A DNA stretch of 64,000 nucleotides from NCBI GenBank assembly GCA_946547105.1, contig CAMNOV010000002.1:5055-69054 (forward strand). The letters are read 5' to 3'. Below the pieces are notes generated by a model. That model did not search any database. It was not told where the DNA came from and saw only the letters and a program-made list of their open reading frames with translations. The position numbers and the translations under genes were made by a program. Each line of letters begins with the position of its first letter. The stretch's first letter is position 1. Shown one piece after another: positions 7,704-16,588 of this stretch. The stretch comes from an uncultured Clostridia bacterium. Its GTDB lineage: Bacteria > Bacillota > Clostridia > Oscillospirales > Oscillospiraceae.

Positions 7704-9185
7704 ATGGAAGAAAAAACCGGCATTTCCTCCTTCATGGAGCAGATTGACCTGTACAGTCTGATCCGCGATGTTTTCAAGAATCTGGGTTTCATCCTGCTGG
7801 CTGCGATCGCGGCTTCGATGATCGCGGATATCGTAGTCCGCGACAATTACCAGAACTCCTATACGACGACGGCGACCTTCGTCGTCACCAGCAAGAATTC
7901 CAGCAACTATGCATACAGCAATCTGAACGCGGCCTCTGCCATGGCCGACAGCTACAGCAACATCCTCAACAGCAGCCTGCTGCGAAAAAAAGTCTGCCAG
8001 GATCTGGGCGTCTCCAGCTTTGACGCCAAAGCCAGGGCGAGTGTGATCGCCGATACGAATCTGATGACTCTGAGCGTGACCTCCAGTACGCCGCAGAAGG
8101 CCTATCTGACGATCCGCTCGATCATGCGGACGATCAACGGCCTGACCGGCTATGTTTCCGAGAACATGGTCATGGAAGTGCTGCAGGATCCGCCGGTCCC
8201 CACCAAGCCGGATTCCTCCGTCTCCGTTACCCGGCAGACCCGCCGCGCTTTTCTGCTGACCGGCCTCGCCGTTACGCTTGTCTTCATGTATCTGTCCTAT
8301 CGGCGCGACACGGTCAAGAGCGAGGACGATCTGAAGGAAAAGCTGGACGCGGATTCTCTCGGCGTGCTGTACCACGACCCGGTCTATCACTCGGCAAGCG
8401 ACTTTTTCCGCCGCAGCAAGAGCAAGCACCTGGTCACCGACCTGAACGCCCGCTTCGAATATGTGGAGCGCTTCAAGAAGATCTCCGCCACGATCGCCGG
8501 CATCGCCCGCAAAAAGGGCGTCAAAACGATCCTTGTCACCAGCGTGCGTGAGCATGAGGGCAAATCCACCTTCTCGGCAAACCTCGCGCTGACGCTTGCC
8601 CGCCAGTCCGCCTCCGTTCTGCTGATCGACGGCGATATGCGCCGCCCGACGCTGAATAAGATCTTCCTCAAGCCGGGGGAGAAGCTTGACGGCAGCCTGG
8701 GCGATATGCTACAGGGCAAGGCCAGCATGACGAGCGTGATCTACAACAACAAGGATCTCGGGATTCAGATGCTTCTGAATGACAGAGATTACCCGAATTC
8801 CACGGATATCGTTTCCTCCTACTATATGGAGCGGCTGCTTGAGGTGGCGTCCAAGAGCTTTGACTATATCGTCATCGACTCCCCGCCGATGTCGATCATG
8901 GCGGACGCCGAGGTCCTGGCCGGACTTGCCGACCTGAGCATGCTCGTCGTCGGCTACGACAACGTCCCCGCTCCGGATCTGAATGACGCGATCGATTCGC
9001 TGCGCGACTGCAAGGCCGAGTTCATCGGCTGCGTGCTCAATAACGTGTACACGCTGCCCGGCGCGCACCGGACCGTCGGCGGATACGGCGGATACGGCGG
9101 TTACGGCCGCTACAGCCGTTACTCTCACTACCAGCGCTACGGAAAGTACGGCGGTTACGGTCATTACGGAGACAAATCCAAGTAA
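7704..9185 (+). CDS. fused Wzz/CpsC-like transmembrane modulator + CpsD-like BY tyrosine kinase (copy 1)
   Basis: N-terminal half has 2 TM helices of Wzz type. C-terminal half has Walker A 'EHEGKST', A' 'LLIDGDMRRP', B 'YIVIDSPP' and a Tyr tail 'GGYGGYGGYGRYSRYSHYQRYGKYGGYGHYG'. Confidence 0.85.
   Translation: MEEKTGISSFMEQIDLYSLIRDVFKNLGFILLAAIAASMIADIVVRDNYQNSYTTTATFVVTSKNSSNYAYSNLNAASAMADSYSNILNSSLLRKKVCQDLGVSSFDAKARASVIADTNLMTLSVTSSTPQKAYLTIRSIMRTINGLTGYVSENMVMEVLQDPPVPTKPDSSVSVTRQTRRAFLLTGLAVTLVFMYLSYRRDTVKSEDDLKEKLDADSLGVLYHDPVYHSASDFFRRSKSKHLVTDLNARFEYVERFKKISATIAGIARKKGVKTILVTSVREHEGKSTFSANLALTLARQSASVLLIDGDMRRPTLNKIFLKPGEKLDGSLGDMLQGKASMTSVIYNNKDLGIQMLLNDRDYPNSTDIVSSYYMERLLEVASKSFDYIVIDSPPMSIMADAEVLAGLADLSMLVVGYDNVPAPDLNDAIDSLRDCKAEFIGCVLNNVYTLPGAHRTVGGYGGYGGYGRYSRYSHYQRYGKYGGYGHYGDKSK
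9078..9167 (+). repeat. 10 consecutive 9-bp (X-X-Tyr) coding repeats forming the Tyr-cluster of kinase 1
   Basis: ggcggatac ggcggatac ggcggttac ggccgctac agccgttac tctcactac cagcgctac ggaaagtac ggcggttac ggtcattac. The first three units are nearly identical at the DNA level. Confidence 0.9.
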
Positions 9186-9208
9186 TACGATCCGGGAAGG
9201 ATACAGGT

Positions 9209-10681
9209 ATGAACGAAAACACGACCAATACAACAGCGAAGTCTGAAAACACAGAGCGTACAGAGCTGACCTCGCTGATCTGGGATATGCTGCACCGGCT
9301 GAAACGCTTCTGGTGGGTGATCGTGCTGCTGACGGCACTCGTCGCCGGGCTGTTCTATTTCCGCAGCAGCAGCTCCTATTCGCCGCGCTACGTGGCGGAG
9401 GCCACGGTCTCGGTTGAGATCGTCAACGGCGGCCAGTATGCCAACCAGAATACCGCCGAGCAGATGGGCAAGGTTTTCCCCTATATTTTAACCAGCGGTG
9501 CACTTTCCGACGTGATCTCCGCCGATCTGGGGACCAAGAGCGTGCCCGGCACGATCTCGGTATCCAGCATCCACGGTACGAATCTGCTGACGATCAGCGT
9601 TTCATCCGGCGATCCGAATATGGCTTATGCGATCTTGCAGTCGGTGCTGAGCAATTATCCGGAAGTGGCCAAGTTTGTCGTCGGCCAGACCTTCCTGTCC
9701 GTGATCGATGACAGCGGCGTTCCCACGGACTCCGGCCGCAACACCGTGCTGCGCGGCTCGCTGCGCCGCGGCGCGCTTGTCGGCTTTGTCCTCGGCGTCC
9801 TGCTGCTGCTGGTCTATACCATCAATACCCGCACCATTCGCAGCGAAATGGAGCTGCGCCGCCTGCTGAACATCCCCTGCCTCGGCTCTCTGCCGCTGGT
9901 CAAGCGCAAGCGCCGCACGAGCGAAGTCGACAGCCAGATCAACATGCTCCAGGACCGCAACTGCGACGACTATATCGAAGCGATGCGCCTGGTCCGCACC
10001 CGTCTGGAACGCCAGCTCGGGGACAAAAAAGTGATCATGGTCACGAGCTCCATCCCCGGCGAAGGCAAGTCGACAGTTGCGGCCAACCTGGCCATCTCCT
10101 TTGCCCAAAAGGGCAAGAAGGTCATTTTGATCGACTGCGACCTGCGCAATCCTTCTACGGCCGGTATCTTTCACATTGAAGGCGAGCATCCCGGCCTGGC
10201 TTCGATCCTGAAGGGCGAATCCCGCCCGGAGGAGTCGATGGTGCAGATCGTGTATCAGGACGAGCCCATCGGCCTGACGGTGCTCTGCGGCGGCGAGCAG
10301 CAGACGCGCGCGGTCGAGATCATGGGCGGCGAAGAGATGGGAAAGCTGCTCGACAAGCTGCGCTCTCTGGCAGACGTCATCATTCTGGACACGCCGCCTT
10401 CCGCCATGCTGGTCGACGCGATGTTCCTCGCCCGCCATGCAGACGGCGTGGTGTACGTGGTCATGAACGACTATGCCAAGCGCCGCTTCATCTTCAAGGG
10501 TATCGAAGAGCTGCAGGAGAACTCCGTTCCGGTACTCGGCTGCCTGCTCAACGGCGCCCACGGCCGCGTCGGCCGCTACGGTTACTATGGCCGCTACGGC
10601 AGCTACAGCCGCTATGGCTACGGCTACAGCTACAGCAGCAAAAACTATAAGAGCAAGGATTCGGAACACGCAAAGTCCTGA
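9209..10681 (+). CDS. fused Wzz/CpsC-like modulator + BY tyrosine kinase (copy 2)
   Basis: Same architecture as copy 1: Walker A 'PGEGKST', A' 'ILIDCDLRNP', B 'VIILDTPP' and tail 'GRVGRYGYYGRYGSYSRYGYGYSYSS'. Confidence 0.85.
   Translation: MNENTTNTTAKSENTERTELTSLIWDMLHRLKRFWWVIVLLTALVAGLFYFRSSSSYSPRYVAEATVSVEIVNGGQYANQNTAEQMGKVFPYILTSGALSDVISADLGTKSVPGTISVSSIHGTNLLTISVSSGDPNMAYAILQSVLSNYPEVAKFVVGQTFLSVIDDSGVPTDSGRNTVLRGSLRRGALVGFVLGVLLLLVYTINTRTIRSEMELRRLLNIPCLGSLPLVKRKRRTSEVDSQINMLQDRNCDDYIEAMRLVRTRLERQLGDKKVIMVTSSIPGEGKSTVAANLAISFAQKGKKVILIDCDLRNPSTAGIFHIEGEHPGLASILKGESRPEESMVQIVYQDEPIGLTVLCGGEQQTRAVEIMGGEEMGKLLDKLRSLADVIILDTPPSAMLVDAMFLARHADGVVYVVMNDYAKRRFIFKGIEELQENSVPVLGCLLNGAHGRVGRYGYYGRYGSYSRYGYGYSYSSKNYKSKDSEHAKS
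10562..10633 (+). repeat. 9-bp periodic Tyr-cluster coding repeat of kinase 2
   Basis: ggccgcgtc ggccgctac ggttactat ggccgctac ggcagctac agccgctat ggctacggc tacagctac. Confidence 0.85.
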
Positions 10682-10716
10682 GGCTTGCCCTTTCACTTCG
10701 CCAGGCAGGTAACGGC

Positions 10717-11583
10717 ATGAAAAAAAGAACTTGGATATGGATCCCGGCCGCGCTGCTGGCGTTAACGCTTCTCTGCCTGCTGTCCGTGTTCCTCTCGGCG
10801 CGGATCTTTACCGTGACCAAATACAGGATCTATGCCCCGCTGGAGCAGCCGATGCGGCTGGTGCAGCTGAGCGACCTGCACAATTCCGAATTTGGGGAGG
10901 ACAATGCCCGGCTCGTCAAGCGCATCCGCGCCCTGAAGCCGGACCTGATCCTGATGACGGGGGATATGATCAACAATGACGATCCAGATATCTCCGTCCT
11001 TCTGGAGCTGACGCAGTCTCTGAGCGGGATCGCCCCGGTCTACTGCTGCTACGGCAATCACGAGATGGCCTGGATGGAGCTCTTTGATACAGACCTGCGC
11101 CCCAGTCTGGAGCAGGCGGGTGCAACGGTGCTGGACGCGGAATACTGCGACCTTGACTGGAACGGGAACGCACTGCGCCTCGGCGGCTATGAGGGTTATT
11201 ACCGCGCCCCCGTGATGACCTCGCACGGCGACCGGGAGAAGGAAAAGCGGGAATTTGAATTCTTTCAGGAATTTGAACACACAGATCGTTATAAGATCCT
11301 TTTAAACCACATTCCCACCGCCTGGCTCGACTGGGAATACCGGGATGACTATAACGTCGATCTGGTGTTCTCCGGGCATTATCACGGCGGCCAGATCCGC
11401 CTGCCGCTGATCGGCGGGCTGTTTGCTCCGAATATCGGTTATTTCCCGCATTATACCAAGGGCCTTTACGCCAGCATCCCCGCCAAGGTCGTCCTTTCGG
11501 CCGGCCTCGGCTCGAATCGAAAGATCCCTCGCATCAACAATCCCGGAGAGATCGTCTGCGTTGATCTGATTCCGGAGAAATGA
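10717..11583 (+). CDS. membrane-anchored metallophosphoesterase (calcineurin-like)
   Basis: N-terminal TM segment, then the motifs 'LSDLHN', 'TGDMIN', 'GNHE' and 'GHYHGG'. Confidence 0.8.
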   Translation: MKKRTWIWIPAALLALTLLCLLSVFLSARIFTVTKYRIYAPLEQPMRLVQLSDLHNSEFGEDNARLVKRIRALKPDLILMTGDMINNDDPDISVLLELTQSLSGIAPVYCCYGNHEMAWMELFDTDLRPSLEQAGATVLDAEYCDLDWNGNALRLGGYEGYYRAPVMTSHGDREKEKREFEFFQEFEHTDRYKILLNHIPTAWLDWEYRDDYNVDLVFSGHYHGGQIRLPLIGGLFAPNIGYFPHYTKGLYASIPAKVVLSAGLGSNRKIPRINNPGEIVCVDLIPEK

Positions 11584-11595
11584 GGACTCCATCGC

Positions 11596-12207
11596 ATGCC
11601 GATTTACAAAAACGGGCTCAAGCGTGTGCTCGACTGTGCCATCGCTTTGCCTGTCCTGCTTGTGGCCGCGATCCCGATGGCCTTGATCGCAATCGCTATA
11701 AAGCTCGATTCTCCCGGACCGGTGGTTTTTCGCCAGCAGCGTCTTGGGAAGAACGGAAAAGTTTTTGACATGCTCAAGTTCCGCAGCATGTGCCTCAATG
11801 CCGAACATACCGGCAGCGGCGTTTACTCTGAAAAAGGCGACAAGCGCGTGACCCGCGTGGGGAGGCTCCTTCGGGCCACCAGCCTGGACGAGCTGCCGCA
11901 GCTGATCAACATTCTGCGCGGCGATATGTCGCTGATCGGGCCGCGTCCGCCGCTGACCTATCATCCCTGGCCGCTCGAGGTCTATACCCCGGAGCAGAGA
12001 AGGATGTTCGAAGTGCGGCCCGGCATCACCGGCTGGGCGCAGATCAACGGCCGCAAGGCTGTGGAGTGGCATCGCCGCATCGAGTTGAACGTCTGGTACG
12101 TCGACCACGTGTCGTTCCTGCTCGACGTCAAGATCTTTTTCCTGACGGTGCTCAAAGTCCTCTGCAATGAAAACAACGTCAATCAGGGCGTAACCCTAAA
12201 AAAATAA
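11596..12207 (+). CDS. small (PglC/EpsL-type) undecaprenyl-phosphate sugar-phosphate transferase, initiating enzyme
   Basis: 'KRVLD..IALP.L......[36 protein letters not shown]' and '[22 protein letters not shown]' are hallmark bacterial sugar transferase (PF02397) motifs. Confidence 0.9.
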   Translation: MPIYKNGLKRVLDCAIALPVLLVAAIPMALIAIAIKLDSPGPVVFRQQRLGKNGKVFDMLKFRSMCLNAEHTGSGVYSEKGDKRVTRVGRLLRATSLDELPQLINILRGDMSLIGPRPPLTYHPWPLEVYTPEQRRMFEVRPGITGWAQINGRKAVEWHRRIELNVWYVDHVSFLLDVKIFFLTVLKVLCNENNVNQGVTLKK

Positions 12208-12223
12208 AAGGAAGTTTGTCGTC

Positions 12224-13075
12224 ATGGCGCTGAAAATGATGTATATTACGAAGGATCCGGAGATTGCCCGCATCGCGGAAGAAGCGGGTGTGGATCGCAT
12301 CTGGGTGGATCTGGAGTATATTGGCAAGGCCTTGCGGCAGGGCGGTCTGGATACCGTCCAGTCTCATCATACCATGGAAGACATTAAAGTGATCCACGCG
12401 GCCATCAACCGCGCGGAGCTGCAGGTGCGGGTCAATCCGATCCATCAAGCCACCGCGGAATACAGTGATTCCCGGACGGAGATCGATGACGCCATCGCGG
12501 CCGGCGCCGACCGGCTGATGCTGCCGTATTTCAAAACCGTTGCAGAGGTCGAGACCTTTCTGGATCTGGTGGATGGGCGCGTGAGAAACAATCTTCTGCT
12601 CGAAACGCCGGAGGCGGTCGAGCGGATCGATGAGATCCTGGCCCTGCCCGGGATCGACGAGATCCATATCGGGCTCAACGATCTCAGCCTCGGCTACAAA
12701 AAGCCCTTCCTGTTTGACCTCCTGGCCGACGGAACGGTGGAGCGGCTCTGCCTCAAGTGCCGCGAAGCCGGCATCCCTTACGGCTTCGGCGGCGTGGCCT
12801 CTTTGGGACGAGGCCTGCTGCCCGCCGAGTATGTCATCCGCGAGCATTACCGCCTCGGCTCGACCCGCGTGATCCTCTCCCGCAGCTTCTGCAACCGGGA
12901 ACTGAACGCCGATCTGGACGAGGGCCGCATTGCCTTTACCTCTAGAATGCGTCAGATCCGCGCCTTTGAGCGCGAGTGCGAGCAGCACGCCGCCTTTTTC
13001 TGGAACAGCCGCAAGGAAGCCGAACGGGAGATCCGCCTGATCTCAGAGAAGCTGAGCAGGGGGGGACGGACTTGA
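12224..13075 (+). CDS. HpcH/HpaI aldolase / citrate-lyase-beta family protein
   Basis: 'AEEAGVDRIWVDLEYIGK', 'ADRLMLPYFKTVAEVE' and 'ETPEAVERIDEILALPGIDEIHIGLNDLS' match the TIM-barrel PEP/pyruvate-domain pattern of HpcH-like enzymes. Confidence 0.6.
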   Translation: MALKMMYITKDPEIARIAEEAGVDRIWVDLEYIGKALRQGGLDTVQSHHTMEDIKVIHAAINRAELQVRVNPIHQATAEYSDSRTEIDDAIAAGADRLMLPYFKTVAEVETFLDLVDGRVRNNLLLETPEAVERIDEILALPGIDEIHIGLNDLSLGYKKPFLFDLLADGTVERLCLKCREAGIPYGFGGVASLGRGLLPAEYVIREHYRLGSTRVILSRSFCNRELNADLDEGRIAFTSRMRQIRAFERECEQHAAFFWNSRKEAEREIRLISEKLSRGGRT

Positions 13076-13989
13076 GGCTGCTGATCTGCGGCGCCTGGCA
13101 GGGCGCCGGAGCGCATTTGGACGAGATCCGCGCCATGGGGCACGAGGTCGCGTTTCTGCCCCAGGAACGGGACGAGCTGCCGGTCGAAGCCGACTGGGTG
13201 GAAGGCGTGATCGGCAACGGCTTTTTTCTCTTTCACCCGATAGAAACCTTTCGCAATCTGAAATATATCCAGGTCATCAGCGCCGGACTGGACCGCGTCC
13301 CGGTGGACGAGGTGCAGCGGCGCGGTATTACGCTGAAAAACGCGCGCGGCGTTTACAGCGGCCCGATGGCGGAGCACGCCGTCTGGGCGGCGCTGACATT
13401 GTATCGCCGTCGCGCGTATTACATGAATAACCAGGCGGAGCACATCTGGAGCAAGCTCCGCGTGATCCCGGAACTGGCGGGGAAGACGGTCTGCGTTCTC
13501 GGCTGCGGCAGCGTGGGCACGGCCTGCGCCGAGCGCTTCGGCGGCATGGGCTGCCGCGTGATCGGCGTCAACCGCACGCCGCGCAGAGATCCCGCCTTTG
13601 AGAAGATCTTTTCCTTTGCCGAAACGTCAGACGCGTTGGGCATGGCTGATATTGTGGTCGTGACGCTGCCGCTGAATGACGAGACGCGCCATTTGATAAA
13701 TGAGGAACGTCTGTCGCAGATGAAAGACAGCGCCCTTCTGATCAATATCGCCCGCGGTCCGCTGGTGGATACGGATGCGCTGCTTGCGGCGCTGGACGTA
13801 CAGCTCGGCGGCGCGGCGCTGGACGTTTTTGAAACCGAACCCCTCCCGGCGGACAGTCCGCTCTGGGAGCATCCCAAACTCCTCCTCACCCCGCACAACA
13901 GCTTCATGGGCGAGCACAACGCCGAACGCCTGGATGCGGTGATCATGAGAAATCTATCGGATCAAGAGAAAAATGCTTTTTCAACCTGA
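13072..13989 (+). CDS. D-isomer-specific 2-hydroxyacid dehydrogenase family protein
   Basis: Start moved to in-frame TTG 13072 (RBS GGGGGAcggac), a 4-nt overlap with the upstream stop; the track ATG 12976 would overlap the upstream gene by 100 nt. 'GKTVCVLGCGSVGTA' is a Rossmann motif; 'LINIARG..VD' and 'LDVFETEPLP......LLLTPHNS' follow the family pattern. Confidence 0.8.
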   Translation: MRLLICGAWQGAGAHLDEIRAMGHEVAFLPQERDELPVEADWVEGVIGNGFFLFHPIETFRNLKYIQVISAGLDRVPVDEVQRRGITLKNARGVYSGPMAEHAVWAALTLYRRRAYYMNNQAEHIWSKLRVIPELAGKTVCVLGCGSVGTACAERFGGMGCRVIGVNRTPRRDPAFEKIFSFAETSDALGMADIVVVTLPLNDETRHLINEERLSQMKDSALLINIARGPLVDTDALLAALDVQLGGAALDVFETEPLPADSPLWEHPKLLLTPHNSFMGEHNAERLDAVIMRNLSDQEKNAFST

Positions 13990-14000
13990 AGGGGGATTCC

Positions 14001-15572
14001 ATGCAGTCAATAAAAGATCTTCTGGATCAGTATCCTCAATACCGGGAAAAACTGTATATCCGCGGCTTTCTCCTTTCAAAAGGTGAGGAAGACGAATCAG
14101 TATATCCCTATTACGGTGCATGGAAGCCCTTTTCAATCGGCAGCTATCGTCTGCTCGTACATCCGCTTCAGCATATCTGCATCCGTAATACTGGCTCCTA
14201 TAGTGTAGCCCTTGTCGGACATGCCATGGATCCTTTTGCCCTGGAGGCGAATGAAGCAGTGATTCTGGACGGCTGTCTGGAAGAACTTGAACGAGATGAG
14301 GCATCTTTCTGGAATCGTTTCAATCAGCTTACAGGAGTTTTTACTTGTTTCGTATTTCATGAAGATCGGGTTTGGATCATTGGCGATGCCAGCGGTATGC
14401 AGACTACATTTTATGCCGTACAAAACGGCAAACTATTTGTATCCTCCCATACCATGATGCTGGGCGAGCAGCTTGGACTGAAAAAAGATCCCTATATTGA
14501 TCGACTGATCCGATATCGTTTTTTCCCGCTTCTTGGAAATGCGCTACCAGGCGACCGGACGCAATTTGTCGGTCTTACTCGCGTCACGCCGAATATATGT
14601 ACTATTTTTGAAAATGGTGAAATCAGACGTCGGCGTTTTTTTACCCCTTATAGGATGCCAGAAAAATCGAAGGAAGAGCTGGCGAAAGAAGCTGGCGAGC
14701 TGATAAACCGTACGCTGGTACTGGTCGCTCAAAAATGGAAGAAGCCGGCGATCTCCTTGACCGGTGGATGTGACAGCAAAACGACATTAGCTTGCGCCAG
14801 AGGGGTGTACGATCGTTTTCAGTATTACAGCTACTCGTCCTCTCCGGCCGAGCAAGTTGACTGCGAAGCGGCAGGGATCATTTGCCAGGCACTTGGATTG
14901 GAGCATACTGTCTATTCAATTCCGAACACGTTGCCGGATCATGAAGTGCTTGAAGTCGTAGCCAGGATCCTCCGTTGGAACTGCGGAGATATCCTGGACA
15001 GCAACCCGAATGACGTCAGAAAGCGGATTGTGCTGGATGAGATCGACGATTTTGACGTTGAGGTCAAATCGTGGGCTTCAGAGATCGGCCGCGCTTATTA
15101 TTCCAAACGTTTTCACGGCCGCACAAAGTTTCCGGTGAAGCCCAGCGGCCGTGCCTGCACGACTTTGTATAAGTTTTTCCTCCATGACCGAAAGCTGGTC
15201 CGGGAAACTGACAAAGTGTTTGAAGGTTTTATCAGAGAGTATTATCAGGCTGCTGAGCAGGATCCGATCCCGTGGTTTGAACAGTTCTTTTGGGAATTCC
15301 GTGTACCCGCGTGGAATGGTCTTGTCATTACTGGTGAGCACCGATACTCCTCGGATATCACGATCCCTTACAACAATCGGTTACTGCTGACGATCCTGTT
15401 GAGCGTGCCGATCGAAGAGCGCATTACTGACGCACTGTATACGGAAATCAGAAAGCAGTTTCAGCCGAAGATTGATGCGGCCGGTGTTTCTGTGACAAAT
15501 CTTCACCATACTGAGCGAAGAGAAAAACTGGAGAATTTGTATTGGCTGCTCCATACTGCAATTCCATACTAG
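14001..15572 (+). CDS. asparagine-synthetase-like PP-loop (adenylating) protein lacking the N-terminal Cys nucleophile
   Basis: RBS AAGGGGGAttccATG. 'LTGVFTCFVFHEDRVWIIGDASGMQTTFY' resembles the AsnB GATase-domain core, but the protein starts MQSIK with no Cys2. 'ISLTGGCDSKT' is an SGGxDS-type PP-loop. Confidence 0.5.
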   Translation: MQSIKDLLDQYPQYREKLYIRGFLLSKGEEDESVYPYYGAWKPFSIGSYRLLVHPLQHICIRNTGSYSVALVGHAMDPFALEANEAVILDGCLEELERDEASFWNRFNQLTGVFTCFVFHEDRVWIIGDASGMQTTFYAVQNGKLFVSSHTMMLGEQLGLKKDPYIDRLIRYRFFPLLGNALPGDRTQFVGLTRVTPNICTIFENGEIRRRRFFTPYRMPEKSKEELAKEAGELINRTLVLVAQKWKKPAISLTGGCDSKTTLACARGVYDRFQYYSYSSSPAEQVDCEAAGIICQALGLEHTVYSIPNTLPDHEVLEVVARILRWNCGDILDSNPNDVRKRIVLDEIDDFDVEVKSWASEIGRAYYSKRFHGRTKFPVKPSGRACTTLYKFFLHDRKLVRETDKVFEGFIREYYQAAEQDPIPWFEQFFWEFRVPAWNGLVITGEHRYSSDITIPYNNRLLLTILLSVPIEERITDALYTEIRKQFQPKIDAAGVSVTNLHHTERREKLENLYWLLHTAIPY

Positions 15573-15594
15573 AAAACTGAGAGGGGACTGTTCA

Positions 15595-16578
15595 TTGCAG
15601 CTTTCATTTCTAATAAAAGAAAGAATTCATCTTTTTAATCAAAATATAAAAAAATATAATACTATCAATTACTGCGGATTTGCACCCTTATTATATGTGC
15701 GCTTTTGGGTTGATGAGATTTTTTCTTTCTTTTTCTTTGGCGCCAGCCCCGATGATTATTTTAGATATGAATTCTATAGAAAGTCTTTGTCTGAGCGGAA
15801 TAACTTCATAACGTTTTTAAAAAGCAAAAAGCTTATCAAAAAGTTTAATAGCGAGGACATCGTTCGAAAAATAAACAGTAAAGATGAATTAAATCAGTTG
15901 TTTTCTTGCTATTTACACCGAGAATGGTTGGATTTGGATTCAGCAAATAACGATGCTTTTTCTGATTTTTTATGCAGACATAAGAAGATTATTCTAAAAC
16001 CTAAAACTGGTTCCGGTGGAAAGGGTATTTTTGTCTTATCGCAAGAGGACGTTTCTATCCAAAGAAATGGACTTGAAGAGTATAGAGGATACATAGCGGA
16101 AGAACTTTTAAACCAGCATCAGGCTCTATCGAAAATTAATCCAAGTTCAGTTAATAGCATTAGAGTTATGACTTTTCGTGGAACTATTCTATCTGCTGTA
16201 TTAAAGGTTGGACGTTTAGGGTCAGTTGTAGATAATATGAGCTCTTCAGGGCTGTATGGTAATATAGACTTAGATTATGGAGTAACCAATTCGGTTTTCC
16301 ACGATATTAAATTAAATAACTATTATTACCATCCAGACACAAACGAGAAATTAATAGGACTAACTATTCCTCTGTGGAATGAAGTCAAACAAATTGTTGC
16401 TGAGGCTTCAAAATGTGTCCCAGACTTACAGTATTGCGGTTGGGATATAGCTGTTTTGCCAGATAAGGTAGCTATTATAGAAGTTAATGCTTCTCCAGGG
16501 CATGATTTGTCGATCCAGTCAACACTTCAACAAGGTATTTATAATAAAATACAACAAGAATTAAAGAAAAAGAGTTAA
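15595..16578 (+). CDS. TupA-like 'sugar-transfer associated' ATP-grasp protein
   Basis: TTG start with RBS GAGAGGGGA. 'ILKPKTGSGGKGIFVL', 'IAEELL.QH' and 'IRVMTF' fit the ATP-grasp fold, and the N-terminal region 'DDYFRYEFYRKS' is typical of the TupA-like family. Very AT-rich gene. Confidence 0.65.
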   Translation: MQLSFLIKERIHLFNQNIKKYNTINYCGFAPLLYVRFWVDEIFSFFFFGASPDDYFRYEFYRKSLSERNNFITFLKSKKLIKKFNSEDIVRKINSKDELNQLFSCYLHREWLDLDSANNDAFSDFLCRHKKIILKPKTGSGGKGIFVLSQEDVSIQRNGLEEYRGYIAEELLNQHQALSKINPSSVNSIRVMTFRGTILSAVLKVGRLGSVVDNMSSSGLYGNIDLDYGVTNSVFHDIKLNNYYYHPDTNEKLIGLTIPLWNEVKQIVAEASKCVPDLQYCGWDIAVLPDKVAIIEVNASPGHDLSIQSTLQQGIYNKIQQELKKKS

Positions 16579-16588
16579 CAGCATCAGA

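Noticed and set aside
12976-13071. Upstream ATG start (12976) for the 2-hydroxyacid dehydrogenase
   Set aside because: It would overlap the preceding gene by 100 nt and add an Arg/Gly-rich non-homologous N-terminus. The in-frame TTG at 13072, with a GGGGGA RBS and a 4-nt overlap, gives the expected 'LRLLICG...' N-terminal beta-strand.
1781-15572. Interpretation of the triad as a bona fide lasso-peptide cluster using the AsnB-like protein at 14001-15572 as cyclase
   Set aside because: The AsnB-like gene is 10 kb away in a different transcription unit, embedded among glycan genes. No transglutaminase-like leader protease and no 30-60-aa precursor ORF were seen near either gene. Kept only as a low-probability alternative.
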